Position numbers and translations under genes: made by a program. A stretch of DNA of 64,000 nt, from positions 310,001 to 374,000 of the forward strand of contig DF236969.1 of NCBI GenBank assembly GCA_000708835.1, read 5' to 3'. Shown here piece after piece: positions 25,601 through 38,600 of this stretch (its first letter is position 1; the number at the start of each line of letters is the position of its first letter). The stretch is from Klebsormidium nitens (Eukaryota; Plantae; Klebsormidiophyceae). The notes below the pieces were generated by a model. That model saw nothing but the letters and a program-made list of their open reading frames with translations. It ran no database searches and was not told where the DNA came from.

Positions 25601-27187
25601 CCGCAAACCTTGCGTTGCTCGCATCGTCACATTCTTCCCGCTTCACGCCGGACCCAAGCGGGGCTCCGGTGGCCATTCTCACCACCCCGGGGGGGGCGAG
25701 AGTGGAGGTGTATCACCACTTTCCCGCATACGACGTCTTTAGAGAGTGCGACGTCTGCCTAACAACGGTAGGCATCCCAAATGGTGATCTAAAGATCTGC
25801 GAGATCGGATAAAATGGTCTTTCTTAGAGGTGGCGCCAGTGCACCCACTTGCCAGACGTGAGCAGAGCACGCTGGTCCACGTCATCCGGACCCGGGACCA
25901 CCAGCGTCGTTGCTAAAATGTGACCCATCTTGCGACGTTAGGGGAACACAACTCTCTTGAAATTTCTGATTGTGCAGCTTCGTGTCTGCGTTTGAGGCCA
26001 GCACCTTGATGCGCTAGAGCCATCTTGCTAGGTTGTGAAGCATGCGGAAGAACGTTCCCAAATGCCGGACTCGACATGGCTTGTAACACCTCTTCTTCTT
26101 AATGTACACGCGCTTTGGGATTGCAGAATATATTTGAGTTCGCTTTGTCCGTCTCCTCTTATCAGATTGGCACCAACACGGCGGAGCTGGGCTCTTTGGC
26201 GGTCCCCATGATTGTTGTGCTCCCAACGCACTCCCTCGAGGTCAGAGCGCCCGGACGTCTGCCGTTGCCACCTGTCAGCATGCCCTGCAATGCTCCAATG
26301 CTCTACCTTCTATTCTTAGCTGCTGTCTGGTTGCTTCTCCGCATGTTGAAACTGCGCTCATATGCTGGTGCATCGAACCCAAATAGCGTGGTATGCATAT
26401 CTGTCAATCCTCTTTCTCCAGGTCTTCCGTGGCGCGACCGGCGGCATCGGCGGGCTGCTTGCCAATCTTCCCGGTCCCGTTGGGGACGTGGCGGCGCGCG
26501 TGGTAAACGGGGCGCTGCTCAAGAGCGCCGGCTTCATCGCGTGGCCCAACAGGTGACCGAAACTTTTATGGTCGGGGGCGCCCGATGTCCAAATTTCCGC
26601 CGCGAAATTGCTGCCTATGCATGGATATCAATCTCTTCATCCTTCGTCAGCCTCTCTGAGAAAGGTCACGGGCTGAAGGCCGAAAGCCTCGAGGCGCAAG
26701 GTTTGGGTATTTTGCGGGCCCGCTTTGCTGCTTCAGAAGCTATCAAGTCTCGCATCGCCATCCTTCCCGGCACACAACTTACTCCGTACAGCAGAGGAAT
26801 AAAGCGTTGTATCCACACGTCGCGAGTCATGCAGACCAGTCACACCAGTTGGCAAAGAGACTCCTTTCTGGATCCCGTTCATCTGCTTCGTACGCCTCAA
26901 CGAGGTGCAGCGGAACCAACGGCGGTCAGTCCGGTTTTTTCAGGTGGGCCAAAGAAGCCGTTGTTCCTGAGCTGGTTGGCCGCATCGAACCGAACGAGGT
27001 GGCTGCCGTCGTGCTGGATCACATGCGGAATCCGGCAAAGCTACAGTCGATGAAAGAGCGGTTACGATCTCTGAACCAGGGCTTGGCCGGGGAGGCTGCT
27101 TCTGGAGAAGGAGCTGCCGAGCGGATAGCTCAACATATAAAAGACCTTTTGGAGCCGAGGGGACAAAAACCTTTGTTGAACGGATAG
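22650..27187 (+). CDS. Cyanobacterial-type lipid-A-disaccharide-synthase-related (LpxB-like, GT-B) glycosyltransferase with transit-peptide-like N-terminus
   Basis: Nine exons: 22650-23198, 23483-23563, 23828-23935, 24191-24258, 24565-25020, 25488-25767, 26166-26240, 26422-26552, 26944-27187. All are phase-consistent, about 663 aa. Motifs: DIVILTNGPGEVAAWVKPVV, RIS|VVLSPCPHAS, FPEVDRCQ, LFLGGDQF, VGDLFVD, VGILPGSKPAKL, CLTT|IGTNTAELGSLAVPMIVVLP, IAWPN|RWAKEAVVPELVG, GAAERIA. From memory these match cyanobacterial proteins annotated as lipid-A-disaccharide synthase-related; catalytic function is not established. Confidence 0.85.
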
Positions 27188-27359
27188 GGTGTGCGTGCCC
27201 ACACCCTAAATGTGCTGGAAAGTGGCATGTATGAGTCGACTCGAGTTAGACATGAAAAGCTTTTGCCGGCCAGCGCACACCCCGCTCGTGCGGGCCGTTT
27301 GGATTAAGCATGTATGTCACTACCTTTGGGTGACGGTGATTCGTGCGGTGTGGGTGACA

Positions 27360-28870
27360 GCAACTGTACTGGCATGATCTGAGCATGCTGCGACCGCGCC
27401 TTGTCCCAACATTGCTGTCCGATGGAATTAGCGGGCACACACATGTCACGTACGGGGATTCTGGACTACGGAGTTTCGCGCAGTTTGGCGCGGTACCAGC
27501 TCGTTGGTACCCCGCCGGTACCATGTTGCGTGCATGGTGCGTACACGGTGGCACCATGAACGGTACTTGCAGACGAAAATTTTCAACTCACCGGTACCGT
27601 ACATATTTAATATGGACAACACGGTACCAGCAAACGAAACCCGCACAATTACTCAGATGTTGCCCGGTTTTGGTAAGCAATTCCGCAAATAACGCTGCCT
27701 CTTCAAAGATGACTGGGCTCTTCAGAAGTTGCTCCCGGACCCCCGTGCAGGCTACCGGGGCCTCCCTCTGCAGCTGACTTCAGTGTTTCAGAGTAAGTCA
27801 GTGTGCCCGATCCGTTAGTCGGTACCTACCGGTACCGTAGTGGAGTCTGGACAGCATTTGACAGTCCTTACCTTCACTACCCAGGTACTACCTAGTGTGG
27901 TGTACGGTACCTAGCGGTCGGATCTTGGAAGTTGGGACAGAGCTCAGTTTGAAATTGAACCAAACGGATGTCGTGTCACTCTTTCAAGACTCGGCAACCG
28001 TCCGATGCGGCCCCTGCTTGTCTAATCTACGCCTCATGTAGATGCTCAAGAATCCTACGGTACCGTAGTAGAAATTTGGTACTGAAGTAGTACACTCAGC
28101 TAAGTAGGTACAAGGTGACAAGATGTGACTCGTGTTACCCTGCGGCCTCCTTTCCCTCAGGTGCTGCAAAATGAGCAAAAGCTCGTGCTTTGTGGTTTCT
28201 TTCTTGTCACTTGCTCTTAAAAGCTTTGCAAATGACCAGCTGAAAGCTTCTTATCCACTTGCATTGCCACTTGCCCACATGTTGAACATGTGATAATGTG
28301 AAGATTGAATTCAAGCGTTTATAGCTAGGCTTAGCAGCTCAAGGCAGCTCCATGCAACTCTCAGCTAGAAATGGGGGAGACATACAATCCTCTTGAGGGC
28401 GCTCCAAAATCAAGTTGCCGATAATCGGTATTGAACGATTTTCTCAGGTACACAAAGAAGCTCCAATGGAATCAAAAATGTCATCAAATGTTATACCCAA
28501 ATTCTTGAAGAGCCGCATTGATCATGTGTAAGAGGCAACTACGGCAGCCATTGTTGGTGATCCTGAGAACGATTTTGCTGCTTGTAAACCATGTCTGCTT
28601 GCAAGCTGCAAGCTCCATGCTCCGAATCCTAAATTTTAGTACGCTGGCAGTACGGTGTCAGTACGGTAGCACCGTACTGCGTCCTCGGTACCAGCCCGGA
28701 GTCACCATGGTTCAACCCCGTGAATTTACGATTCCGAACGGTACTTTCCGTACTGGTACTGCCGTGACACCGCGCTGGCAGCCCGCCGATACCGCGGAAT
28801 TTGAAGCTGGGAAATCCGCAAACGTGACATGTGCAGATCATCATGAATCGTACAGATAGTACATTAAATT
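27360..28870. repeat. GTAC/GGTACC-rich degenerate repeat tract, possibly a MITE-like remnant
   Basis: Dense GGTACC/GTAC motifs at 27481-27660, 27820-27915, 28055-28090 and 28630-28870. Perfect palindrome CTACGGTACCGTAG at 28055-28068. CACATGTCACGT (about 27440) recurs in inverted orientation (acgtgacatgtg, about 28822-28833). Confidence 0.5.
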
Positions 28871-29189
28871 CACAGTGACGGCCCTCGCGGCCAAGAGGCG
28901 TGGGTCATGCAGCTTCCGACGGTGCATGGCATGCCAGATTTACATTTTCTACTAAATGCAAATCGATGTACCCTCTGTTCATCAACCCAGCGCATGCAAT
29001 ACACTACATCCTCCCACATGTGCAGTGCTTTAAGGTGAAAAGGCAGCGACAGCATCAGTCATGCAACCGCCCTCAAAAGCGCGCAATTTGCAGTAAGGCT
29101 AGGCTCAATAAATGCTGACATTTTGGCAAAAATTGTTGATTGCTATATCGTGCGGCGCATCAAGCGTCTGATGGCCGTGCTCGCTCGTG

Positions 29190-32100
29190 CTACACAATCG
29201 CCTGCATTCTCTGGTGCTGCATGTCTCGCAATTCCCATCGCACCGGACCGCCCTCCTCCTGCTTCTCGGGGGCAACTTGCTGCATGGCCCAACCGTAGAA
29301 AACTGTGTGGATCTCGTCCTGCAAAAGACCCAAACCCTGTCAGTGCGAAGCCTGATAAAAAGCAGGGTTGTTGCAATAACATAATTTCCGGAGGATGTTA
29401 TGAAAGTACAATATCAGCGAGCATGGCTGTCTTCGGCCCATTTATAAGAGAATGAGTAGCAACACTTTTCGCAGAATACCCCCGTCCTCTTTGTTCTAAC
29501 ATCCGAGCTCAGAAAGCTGTCGCCGGATCTGGTCCGCTCACGGTGTAAACAAACCAAGTATTGCGTCCAAAGGCTGCAGTCAAGCTTCATCTGGCCGTAG
29601 AAACATGCCGCGGCCCTTTATTATGGCTGAACGACATAATCGAATGGCTCCGCAGGCTGTACGAGTACACGGAGATGCACTCACCGGCGCCCCCTCGACG
29701 ACCTTGCCAAACCGATCTCGTATGCAGAAAATTTGTTGTGTCGAAAACTGCACGAAACCAGTGCCCAATAAGCGACTGACAACCACAAGTACTTGCTCTG
29801 CTTGCTCCACAAACCAAGATGGGCGAACCAGACAGCGCTTCGCGAAAAATGCGAGGAGTTCATTGCTGCCACACACACACAGCACCCAGAGTATCGGGCC
29901 TTACCCCGATGATGATCATGGGCTCCCCACCCACCAACTTGACGTCACGCAGCATCGCCTCCGAAATGTGGAGGATCTGTCAGCACACAAACGTAAGAGG
30001 AGTTAAGAGCCTGCTCATTAGGCCTCAAGAGGAAAGAGATTTCTGCAAGCGCGAGCGATGCTTTGTCGAACCGGGGCGTCTGGACGCTGAGACTTCTTGT
30101 GCCATTGTCGAAGTTGATAATCAATCCAATCCCTAAGAGTTGCTCGTTGACGTAGACAGTGCGTCCAGAACATAATGTAACAGTCAATGATCGTAGCGTT
30201 CGGATGAAGGACCCCGCTATCTGACAGGTAAGGTCACTTGGGGTTCGGCTTGGATTGCAGCTTCTTCAAAGCTGGTACTTCAACCGGTCCGGTTGTGTTT
30301 CTGGAAACCAGAAGAAACGACTATGCGACGCCCGCTTTCTTCGCAACCACTTCTCGACCCAAAGCCCCGAATGCCCCACAAGCGCACCTTGAACTCGGGC
30401 GTGACCCCCAGCGCGTCGAACGCCTTCCGCTCCCCGCGCGCGCGCTGCACGACCTCGTCCGCGCACAGCTGGGCCAGCGCCTCCAGGTCCCCCCCCAGGT
30501 ACGCGAGCAGCACGGGGCGCACGTCTTCCTGGACGTCCGTCATGAAGTCCGGCAGCGAAAACGTCGGGTCGCGCCGCCGGATCGCGACCATGGCCATCGC
30601 GGACGGGGTCTCGCCGAACAGCCGCTCGTTCATATCCTGCAGCCGTGAGGAGCGGCAATCCGTTTATTCTGACGCGTATCGAGCACAATTGGTAAGGACG
30701 GGCAGTTCCTAGAACCTGAGGGAGAACAGGAGAATGCGGGGAAATCCTTTGGTTGGAAAGGAGCGACATGGCGGATGCGCCAGTGTGGTGACAGCCTAGT
30801 TCAACGAAGTAGTCTGTGGCGACAGCTGGCGTCTCCGACCGACAATCATACGAGCCCGCTCATGCCATCCCCGTTTCGCGACGCCGTCCCAGGAACAAGG
30901 AGTTGTCAGAAATCATAACTCCTCCTGAGATGCTCGCCTTGCCGACACCCAATTCTAATCAGTCAAACTTTCTTTGCCGTCGTTTTCTCTCTCCCTTTCT
31001 TAGCTGAGTATTTCGCTCATGCTTCTCCCTTGCTCTCAAAAAGTCCCCTCGTCCTTCGCAGCCTGCTCAATTGAGTGCGGTCCGTCGGCTGGGCCTCGTT
31101 TCCCAGACTCGCTCCTTACCAGCCCCGTTCCCCAGACTCGCTTCGTTTTCTTGTTTCCTGTTCAAAGTCTCTTCATCTATCCTTGCTAGTATTCACCTCC
31201 CTTCATTCGACAGGCTCCAAAATTGCTTTTCCGGATGCACTCCACAGACTGGGTCTCGTTGGACCTTCACGTTTTCGCCTCAAAGCTTGTCAACAAAAAG
31301 CTGTGCACTTCGTGACTGCTGGTTGCACTCCGTTCTCAACCGACTCGTACGTTCCATTGGCTCTGGTAAAATACTCACCCGTATGCGCTCCACAGTGGGG
31401 CTGGAGCTGATCCCCCATCTCCCGTTTGTTGCTCATTTCCTTTGGAACCTTTACATTCCCCTTCAATGGGTCTCGTCGAGTCCTGCAACGTTCGTCTCAC
31501 GCCATTCCAAACCTCGATGATCTCTAGTCAGACTAGTGAGGAGTCGCTCACCCGGATCCGCTCCACGGTGGGGCTGGGGCTGGTCTCCCACTTCTCCTGC
31601 ACGTCCTCCACAATTTCCTGCCCCTTCTGCAGCACCGGCTTTGCGAAGTTTCCCAGCCCCGCGATCCGCTGGAACACCAGGTTCTGCCGCAACCACTCGT
31701 AAATCTGCTCGCGCCGCCGCTCCCACGCGCTCTGCTTCTTCGGAAGGATCACCACCGACGTCGCGTCGCTCTTGGGGCCCAGCTTGGCCTCTTCCGCCGC
31801 TGCAAATGAGAAGTATCCTCAAATTTGGTAATGATAAGCCCAAGTTAAGTTCCTACTGAATCAACCTGCCTACGACGGGTGAGATCAGCGAGGGGGATTC
31901 GAGGATGGGCACGGGGGCAGAGCAGGTAAATGTTTGGGTGAATATTAGTATCAGCTTCGTTCTTATTGCAACTTGAGCGTACGAAAACTATTTGAAGAAG
32001 TCATCTAGAGAAGGGTCCCAGGATTAACAAGAAGGACTTGGGGACAAAAACGACCGAGGCGAGAGGCGTGCTAACTGTGCAAGCGAATCGAAAATGGAAC

Positions 32101-34479
32101 GGCTTAAATTTCGACACGACTGAATAGCGGTGAGACCTCCACAAAAGTGAGACTTTTGAGCATGAAATTCATATTGGACTCCCTTGGTCGCAGGCACGGA
32201 CTCACGCGTGAGCTTCTTGCAGCTGCCATAACGTATCTTATATATCTTGCTTCTTCCTTATATTCGCCCTGTTCGTGCACCAGCGCCCCACACTTAGACC
32301 GGAGGGAGGACGAGAACCGCTTAAGAAGACGAACGGCTTCCCTTAGAGGAAGGCACTGGGAGTCCTTCATCCGTTTCTGACCGAATGCTTAGCAAAAGGC
32401 AACATTCCTATGGCACGCATTTCAATCAAAGTAGTCACACAATCGCAGTCTCACCTTTTGCCTTTTCCCGCTCCTCGACCTCCTCCGGCGTCAATCGTTT
32501 CCGCGGCTTCCGCCGGCCGCTGCCCGACAGCTCCTCCTGCACAAACTGCGCACCCTGCCGCACGCTCTCCAAAATCTTCGTTCCGCGCACCCTCTCAAAG
32601 GCGCCTGCCACCGGAGTCCATGCGGAATTGGCCACCTGCAGACATTGAGCACGCAAGTGCTGAGGCTCATGGCGCCAGGCACCAACGACTGAGGGAAGAA
32701 GGCACAGAAAAAGAGATTGGCAGAGCAAGCTTCGGGTGAATGCAGACGCGCAGACCCCTGATAGTAGGCAGAGAAGGGAGTGAAGCCAGAGATGGGGCCT
32801 TTCGAAGAACTAAATAGTAGCAGCAACGGAAGTGGGCAAGCCAAACTTCTCCTGAATGAAGACTTCTATCAAAGAGTAGGGTGATCAGCTGGAAGTGCAG
32901 CTACTCTGCAGAAGGGAGAATCCAGATTCTAAGCACGCACCTGCTGTGCTCGCTCCCAAGGGCTCGGCCCCTCTGTCGCACTAGACCCCGCTTCTGCCCC
33001 TGAAGGGCCCCCCTCCCCCTCAACCTTTTGACTCCCCCCCTGTGCATCTTCTCGAGAGCCCTCTGCTTCTGCCTCTACTTTCGGCCCAGTCTCTGCCTGC
33101 GACTCGTCCCTCGTCTTTCCCTCTTCTTTTCCCGTTGTTTCGGCCACATGCTCGTTCCCATTGACAGCCTCACTAACCGTCTCCTTTGCAGCTGCCGCAG
33201 CTTGCTCAGATGCGGCGGTGCCCTCAGAAGTGGTGACCCGCTGATCTGGCCGCAGGGTCGCAACCCGCTCTTTAACGGAGCCACTGGCCTCAGTGACCTT
33301 TTCCTTGACCACCGACGAAACCTGGGAGCGGCAGGAAATACCTTTCCGTTGAGCACGGTCCCGGGCAACGGTCAACCAAAAGGACAACAGCCGGTGTTGG
33401 AGAGCGACCACAAATAGGAGGTGTGATCAAACCGGCAATTGGACATTCTACAGGGAAGAGGTTATCAAAAAGGGGGAAACAAGAGACTGGCGCCTTACCT
33501 CCTTTGCCTTGGCGGCAGCCTGTCTGCTGGCTGCGTCGACCTTCTCGAGCGTCTCCTTGGTGCTGGATAACACAATAAAGTCAGGATGACGCACTTACAG
33601 ATCTTACAAAGTGACATGCTCGTGAGAAGGCCAAGAAATTGGTACTGCAAGCAGCCAGATACCACCTTCTTTTCATCAAGGCATGTAAGAAGATGTGACC
33701 AGTGGTGGTAGGACTCGCTCACCTCTTTCTCAGGCCCTCTGTCCTTTCACGGAATTCCTTGATGGACTGCCGCAACTCCGGATTGCTGCACAGAAAAACA
33801 AATGCTGCTCATGCCATACTCCGTAATTTCATGGATACACGGTAAGTCCAGAAGCGGGCCGATCGCTCATTACATCCGCCAAAATAGAAGACGCTGAGGC
33901 ACACCACCCTTTCATCGGACTGGCAAGCGCTTGCCCCAACCACAACTATCATTCGGGCAGCCACTTCCACCGGCTAAGCTGTAGCCCATCAGATCTAACT
34001 TGTACCTGAAACTCTGCTCAATAACCCAGTGCACGGCCGAACAGCAGATAGTAATAACGCCAGCGATGGGTCGAATGCGTCCTTTCCGCAGCGCGCAATC
34101 AGTGCAGCAACCAACAGTTACCACCGCTCGTTGACATACGTGGCAGATCTGTAGGAAGCAGAATAGGTCACGCACCTCTCAACTTCGCCCTTTACACGGT
34201 TGATGACGTCCCTGATGAAACTGAGCGACCGCTGGCCCCCGACTTGATAGCGGACCTCCTCAGGGCCGTGAAGACTCGCAAGCTGCAAGCAACTTCTGGC
34301 GTCAGGCACTTAAGATTTCAAGGACATGCAACAAATTGTTGTAGCAACAGGAGCAAGCGCTTTCCGTATTTCAGAAAGCTCGCAAAATCCGAGGGCCTCA
34401 CCTGCGGCGCCCTTTGCCGAACAGCGTATTGCAACGATCTTCGGGCAAGGGACGCTCCCTGCTTGCTCCTAGAAAGCAT
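29190..34479 (-). CDS. TIM44: Mitochondrial import inner membrane translocase subunit Tim44
   Basis: Eleven exons: 34479-34402, 34282-34176, 33785-33723, 33562-33499, 33321-32941, 32635-32455, 31799-31552, 30636-30388, 29976-29905, 29747-29685, 29318-29190. Phase-consistent, about 544 aa. Arg/Ser-rich presequence MLSRSKQGASLARRSLQ, NPELRQSIKEFRER, FGETPSAMAMVAIRRRDPTFSLPDFMTDVQEDVRPVLLAYL, FSTQQIFCIRDRFGKVVEG, DEIHTVFYGWAMQQ, WELRDMQ. Confidence 0.93.
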
Positions 34480-35601
34480 GATGCCTTCACTGCTCCAATA
34501 CCTCCGCCAAAACCAGCTGCTACTGGCGGCTGAAAGTACATCTATCGTATGTGAAGGAGTTAAGTGTTGAGGAACGACACCCCAACACCTTGTCGTCGCC
34601 AGCTTTGCCAGGTCCTGAAGGGGGCCTGGATTGTGCGCGCGTCGTCAGGCGAGCACGAGGCCCGGGGGCGTCGGCGAGGCTCGGTCAGTTTTGACGGTTT
34701 GTATTCTAGGCGCGTAATACCAAAGTTATGCATAATTCGGTTCCGCGCGCGTGGTGGGTGATTTCAGTCGGCCGCACGCAAAGTCAGCTTAAAGAGGGCG
34801 TCTACGCAACGTCATCAACCGGCCACTTTTAGCAGGGCCCAGTGCAAGGGGCACAACCTCTGATACCAACTTCTTGGCGACAGACCACCATAAAACCATG
34901 CTTCGATGTCGCTGTGTGACGTCAGGCGTTCAGGGTCCCGAGACGCCCATGCACTTTGATGAACCAAGCAAAAATGCAATAATATACCTATGTAGCAAGG
35001 CTTGCTCGCTTGCTTGATCGGAGCATCAAGTTTAAAAGTCTGGCGTGCGTCTTCAAGGTGGCTTAGAGCATTTTCAACGAGGAGTGGAAGGCTGAAGCGG
35101 TGAGGGCTACTGAGTAGGATGCAGGGCTTTGCTTGAGTTCCGGCCACTGAAAAGCATTATGCAATTGCGTGCTCTTCTTGGCTTATCTACGGGCATTCTG
35201 CCAGTATATGGCTGGGGTACCAGCTTAGCACACGCAACAGCTGACCGAGAGCTCACCATTGCGGGCTCAGTCGCTGCTGTCGAGCCTCACCGGCAATCTT
35301 CCTCTTGAAAGTGCGCACTCTTGGAGAATATCTGCTGGAGGATCCAGTTCTCGTACTACTTGCTCATAGCCACTGATCCAAACCTCTCTGCTACATGTCA
35401 TTAGGCTGGCATGCTTACCGCAAAAGGACAGTGTCTTTTGTAGCCCAACGCCGCTGCAGATGTCCTGCCACAGACTTTGAGATGCTGATCAGGAGCGTTA
35501 CGAAGGTCTGATCCCGAAACAAAAGAGCGCAGAGCGTGCCCAGACACCTCAGCTTCAGGGGAGCGTAAACTGCAGGGGAGCGTGTACTGCAGTGAAGCAT
35601 A

Positions 35602-38600
35602 ATGGAGGAACAACATCGACGCGCCGCTGCGGAGGTGATCCGCATTTGCCGGGAGCAGGGGCGCGCCATCTCCCAGATGCTGGCTGCGTACACAGTGCGG
35701 GCTGTCCTGCTGCAGAACATGCAGAAGGAGGCCAAGCTGGATGACACCGCCTGGGAGCAGTGCGTGCGAAGGGGGGTCGAGCTGCTGTCTCGAGTAAGGA
35801 GCTGCAGCCGTGACATATGTTGGGCTTGGAATTGCTGCGGCCAATCGAGCTGAGATGTTTGATGCCATTGGTTTTACCCCTGTCTTCAAGAAGTCCCTTT
35901 TGAATGGGTATACTTACCAAGTGGGGTGCAGGAGACGCCCATTGAACCACTTCTTGAGTGAGCTCCTAATCTGGAAGTTTGCCTTTCTAACAAGGCAACC
36001 TACTCTCTTATTGGAATCTGGTTGATTTGAAACATTCTGTCTGTATATTTGCACACAGACATGCGGGCAGAGTTTTTCATATTTTTAAGGGTACCGACTG
36101 GGATTCTCTATTAAAAACGGTTTGATTGATCTTTTGTGCAGAAAGAGTCAGCAGCTACAGAGACACTGGCCTTACAAGTGGCTGTTGATGCCACTTTCCT
36201 ACGAGAAGGCCAAGCTGTCGAGGCAGAACAAGTCCAGCGAGACCAGACCGCCCAAAGCGCGCTGAACGAGGCAGTGCAGATCAAGGTACGCAACCAACTG
36301 TGCTCCTGTACTGAGTTCCTTCCGGAAAAGCTGGATAGCATTTTCCCCTGAAGAGTGGTGCTTATTCTAAATTCTGAGCAGTACACCTCTTGGGTGTGCG
36401 GTAGGTAAGCAAGACTGCGAGGAACACCACCTCTGCTTTTCAAAACGCAAGCATTGCCCGATGAAGCATCCTGCGCGAGATCGTCAACTTGCCTCGAGCT
36501 CTCTGTTCAGCTGGTTGGCTCGAAGCCAATACCGTTCAATCATTTTCTCTACAAATCCTCATTGCCAATCGAGCGGCCTACTTTCAGTACCGAGGCTCGC
36601 CATCTCTTGATCTGGTGGGTTCTTGACATTCCATTGGTGTCTCACAGGTCGTGACCGAAAGGGAGGAGGCTGTGGCGCTACAGAAAGAACAGCTCAAGGT
36701 GTTTGAGTATGTCGCGTTGAGAAATGGGCTCCGAACAGGTTTAGCGGACACTCCAACCACGGCTGTTGCGGAAGCAGAAACGGCTGCCGCCCTGGAAAGC
36801 GTTTTCCCGTGGCACAACCTGAGGCGGTGGATGACATTTGGCAAGAATGAGAAAGCGGCACAGCTGCAGGCAAGTAAAAGAATCTCTCCCCCCTGCGTTC
36901 TGAAGCATAGTGCTTGTAGAAGGTGGCAAATTGACCGTCTGGGAGACGTTATGGCTTCTCTTCATCATCACGTGATTCTAACGGGAACACCAAATTCCCT
37001 CTACGCAAGTCAACGACAAGGCCGGAAATCCACATAGCAACCGCTCCTTCTCAAGCGAAAATTAGTCCAAGTTAGAGGCCGGCTCATCATCACGTCATCA
37101 CCAGCCATATCCCAAACCTTCAGCCGCCGAAAAGTTTCCGTTCTCACTACAGGAGCTGGCAACGATCACGCTGGGTATCCGGGTCTTAAACAAGTTTCTG
37201 GGCAAGGGGGGCGTCGGGTTAGAGATGGGGGCCAGCCAGTACCAGGCCCGGGGCAGGGCGCTCGCAGAGCGGCTGGACCAAGAGCTGACGTGGGTGGCCA
37301 AGCAGATTGAGCAGGGGACGGCGGTGATCAATCACCGGGCGCAGCGCTACCGGACACAAGAAAAGGAGGTGAAGCTGCTCAGGGACGAGCTGGTGTACCG
37401 GTGAGCGCCCCGCGCACCTTTCGGCGTCCCAGCCGTTCATGTAGTGGACTCCTTTGCGCAATAGATCTTGTGCCAATGCGAAAGCAGTCTTACCACCACG
37501 GTAAGAATACGCTGCACGGAACCTTGATAAGGATCTCCGCTGCGAAGCGGACTGACAGCGGATTTTTGATGGGCTCTTTTACAAAAATTTCTACGAAGTT
37601 CCCTCTGAAGTTCACCTAACCTCCGGATCAGAGTATCTGTCACCCTTCGGAGAATCCGACAAACTCTCAAGATCTCGCCTCGCCGGGAAAACTACAGCTC
37701 GTGACAAACTGTCCTGCTCCTCTCAGGTGTCAGTACCAGCAAATGCTCGAGAACGTCGCCCGCGAGAACACGGAGGGCCTCGCCATTGTGGCGGAGCTCG
37801 AAGCCAAGCAGGGCGAGATGCAGGCCGTACTACAGGCGGCGATCGGGACCAAGCACGCGGTGCCCAAGGATACGGTGTTTCCGCACCTACACGCGCTCGG
37901 CACGCTCCACACGGTGCTCCTTGAGGAGATGCGCGTCCTGGAGGCGCGCGAGGGCGCGGCCGGGGAGCTGCTGACGTGGCGGCAGGTGGGTGATCACGCG
38001 AGCTCCTAAGGAGGGAGATCTGAAGTGGCTTGGAGGGTTGGGGAATGGGCTTGCGCCGTCGATTTCCGGGATAGCGAGGTCACGAGATGAGGCCATAAAA
38101 CTCTGTGAGTGAGAAGAGGTTGCCAAATGAGATGGCCGCATCTTTGTTTCTTCTGTTCGTCCGCGTTATCTGGCCCTCGTCGAGCGAAGGACGTTCTGGT
38201 TGAGCCTATATCCATTCCCCTTCGCAGGTTTTTACAAACATCCGAGATCATGGCCCTCGCACATAAAGCCGCTAGTTGTCAACGTCTTGACAACCCCCTT
38301 TTGTTCGCTCCCCAGCCGTTCCCGTCTCAGTACGGTTACGCCGACGTGCAAGAGGCGTACGGCCGGAGCGGGACCCCAGCGCCCCTTTTGCTGGACGACG
38401 CAGGCCCTCGGACGCCCGACGATTTGGCGGCAGCCGAGGCAGCGTCCGGCAGTGCGCGCGTGCGGCCAGATGACATTCCGGCGGAAGAGGGGGCAGCGAT
38501 CGTCCCACAGCTGGCGGGGTTTTGTCCAGTGACGCTGGTCAGGCGGAACGGACTACCGTTACGAGGTGATCCGTGTAACAGATGATTCTTTGATTGGCTG

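Noticed and set aside
25014-27053. Long plus-strand ORFs of 242 aa and 312 aa
   Set aside because: Read-through of LpxB-like introns and alternate frames; only the short GTNTAELG segment is true exon.
29605-30006. Cys-rich plus-strand ORF (CCVENC...CSAC) resembling a zinc finger
   Set aside because: It is the antisense of Tim44 exons 29747-29685 and 29976-29905.
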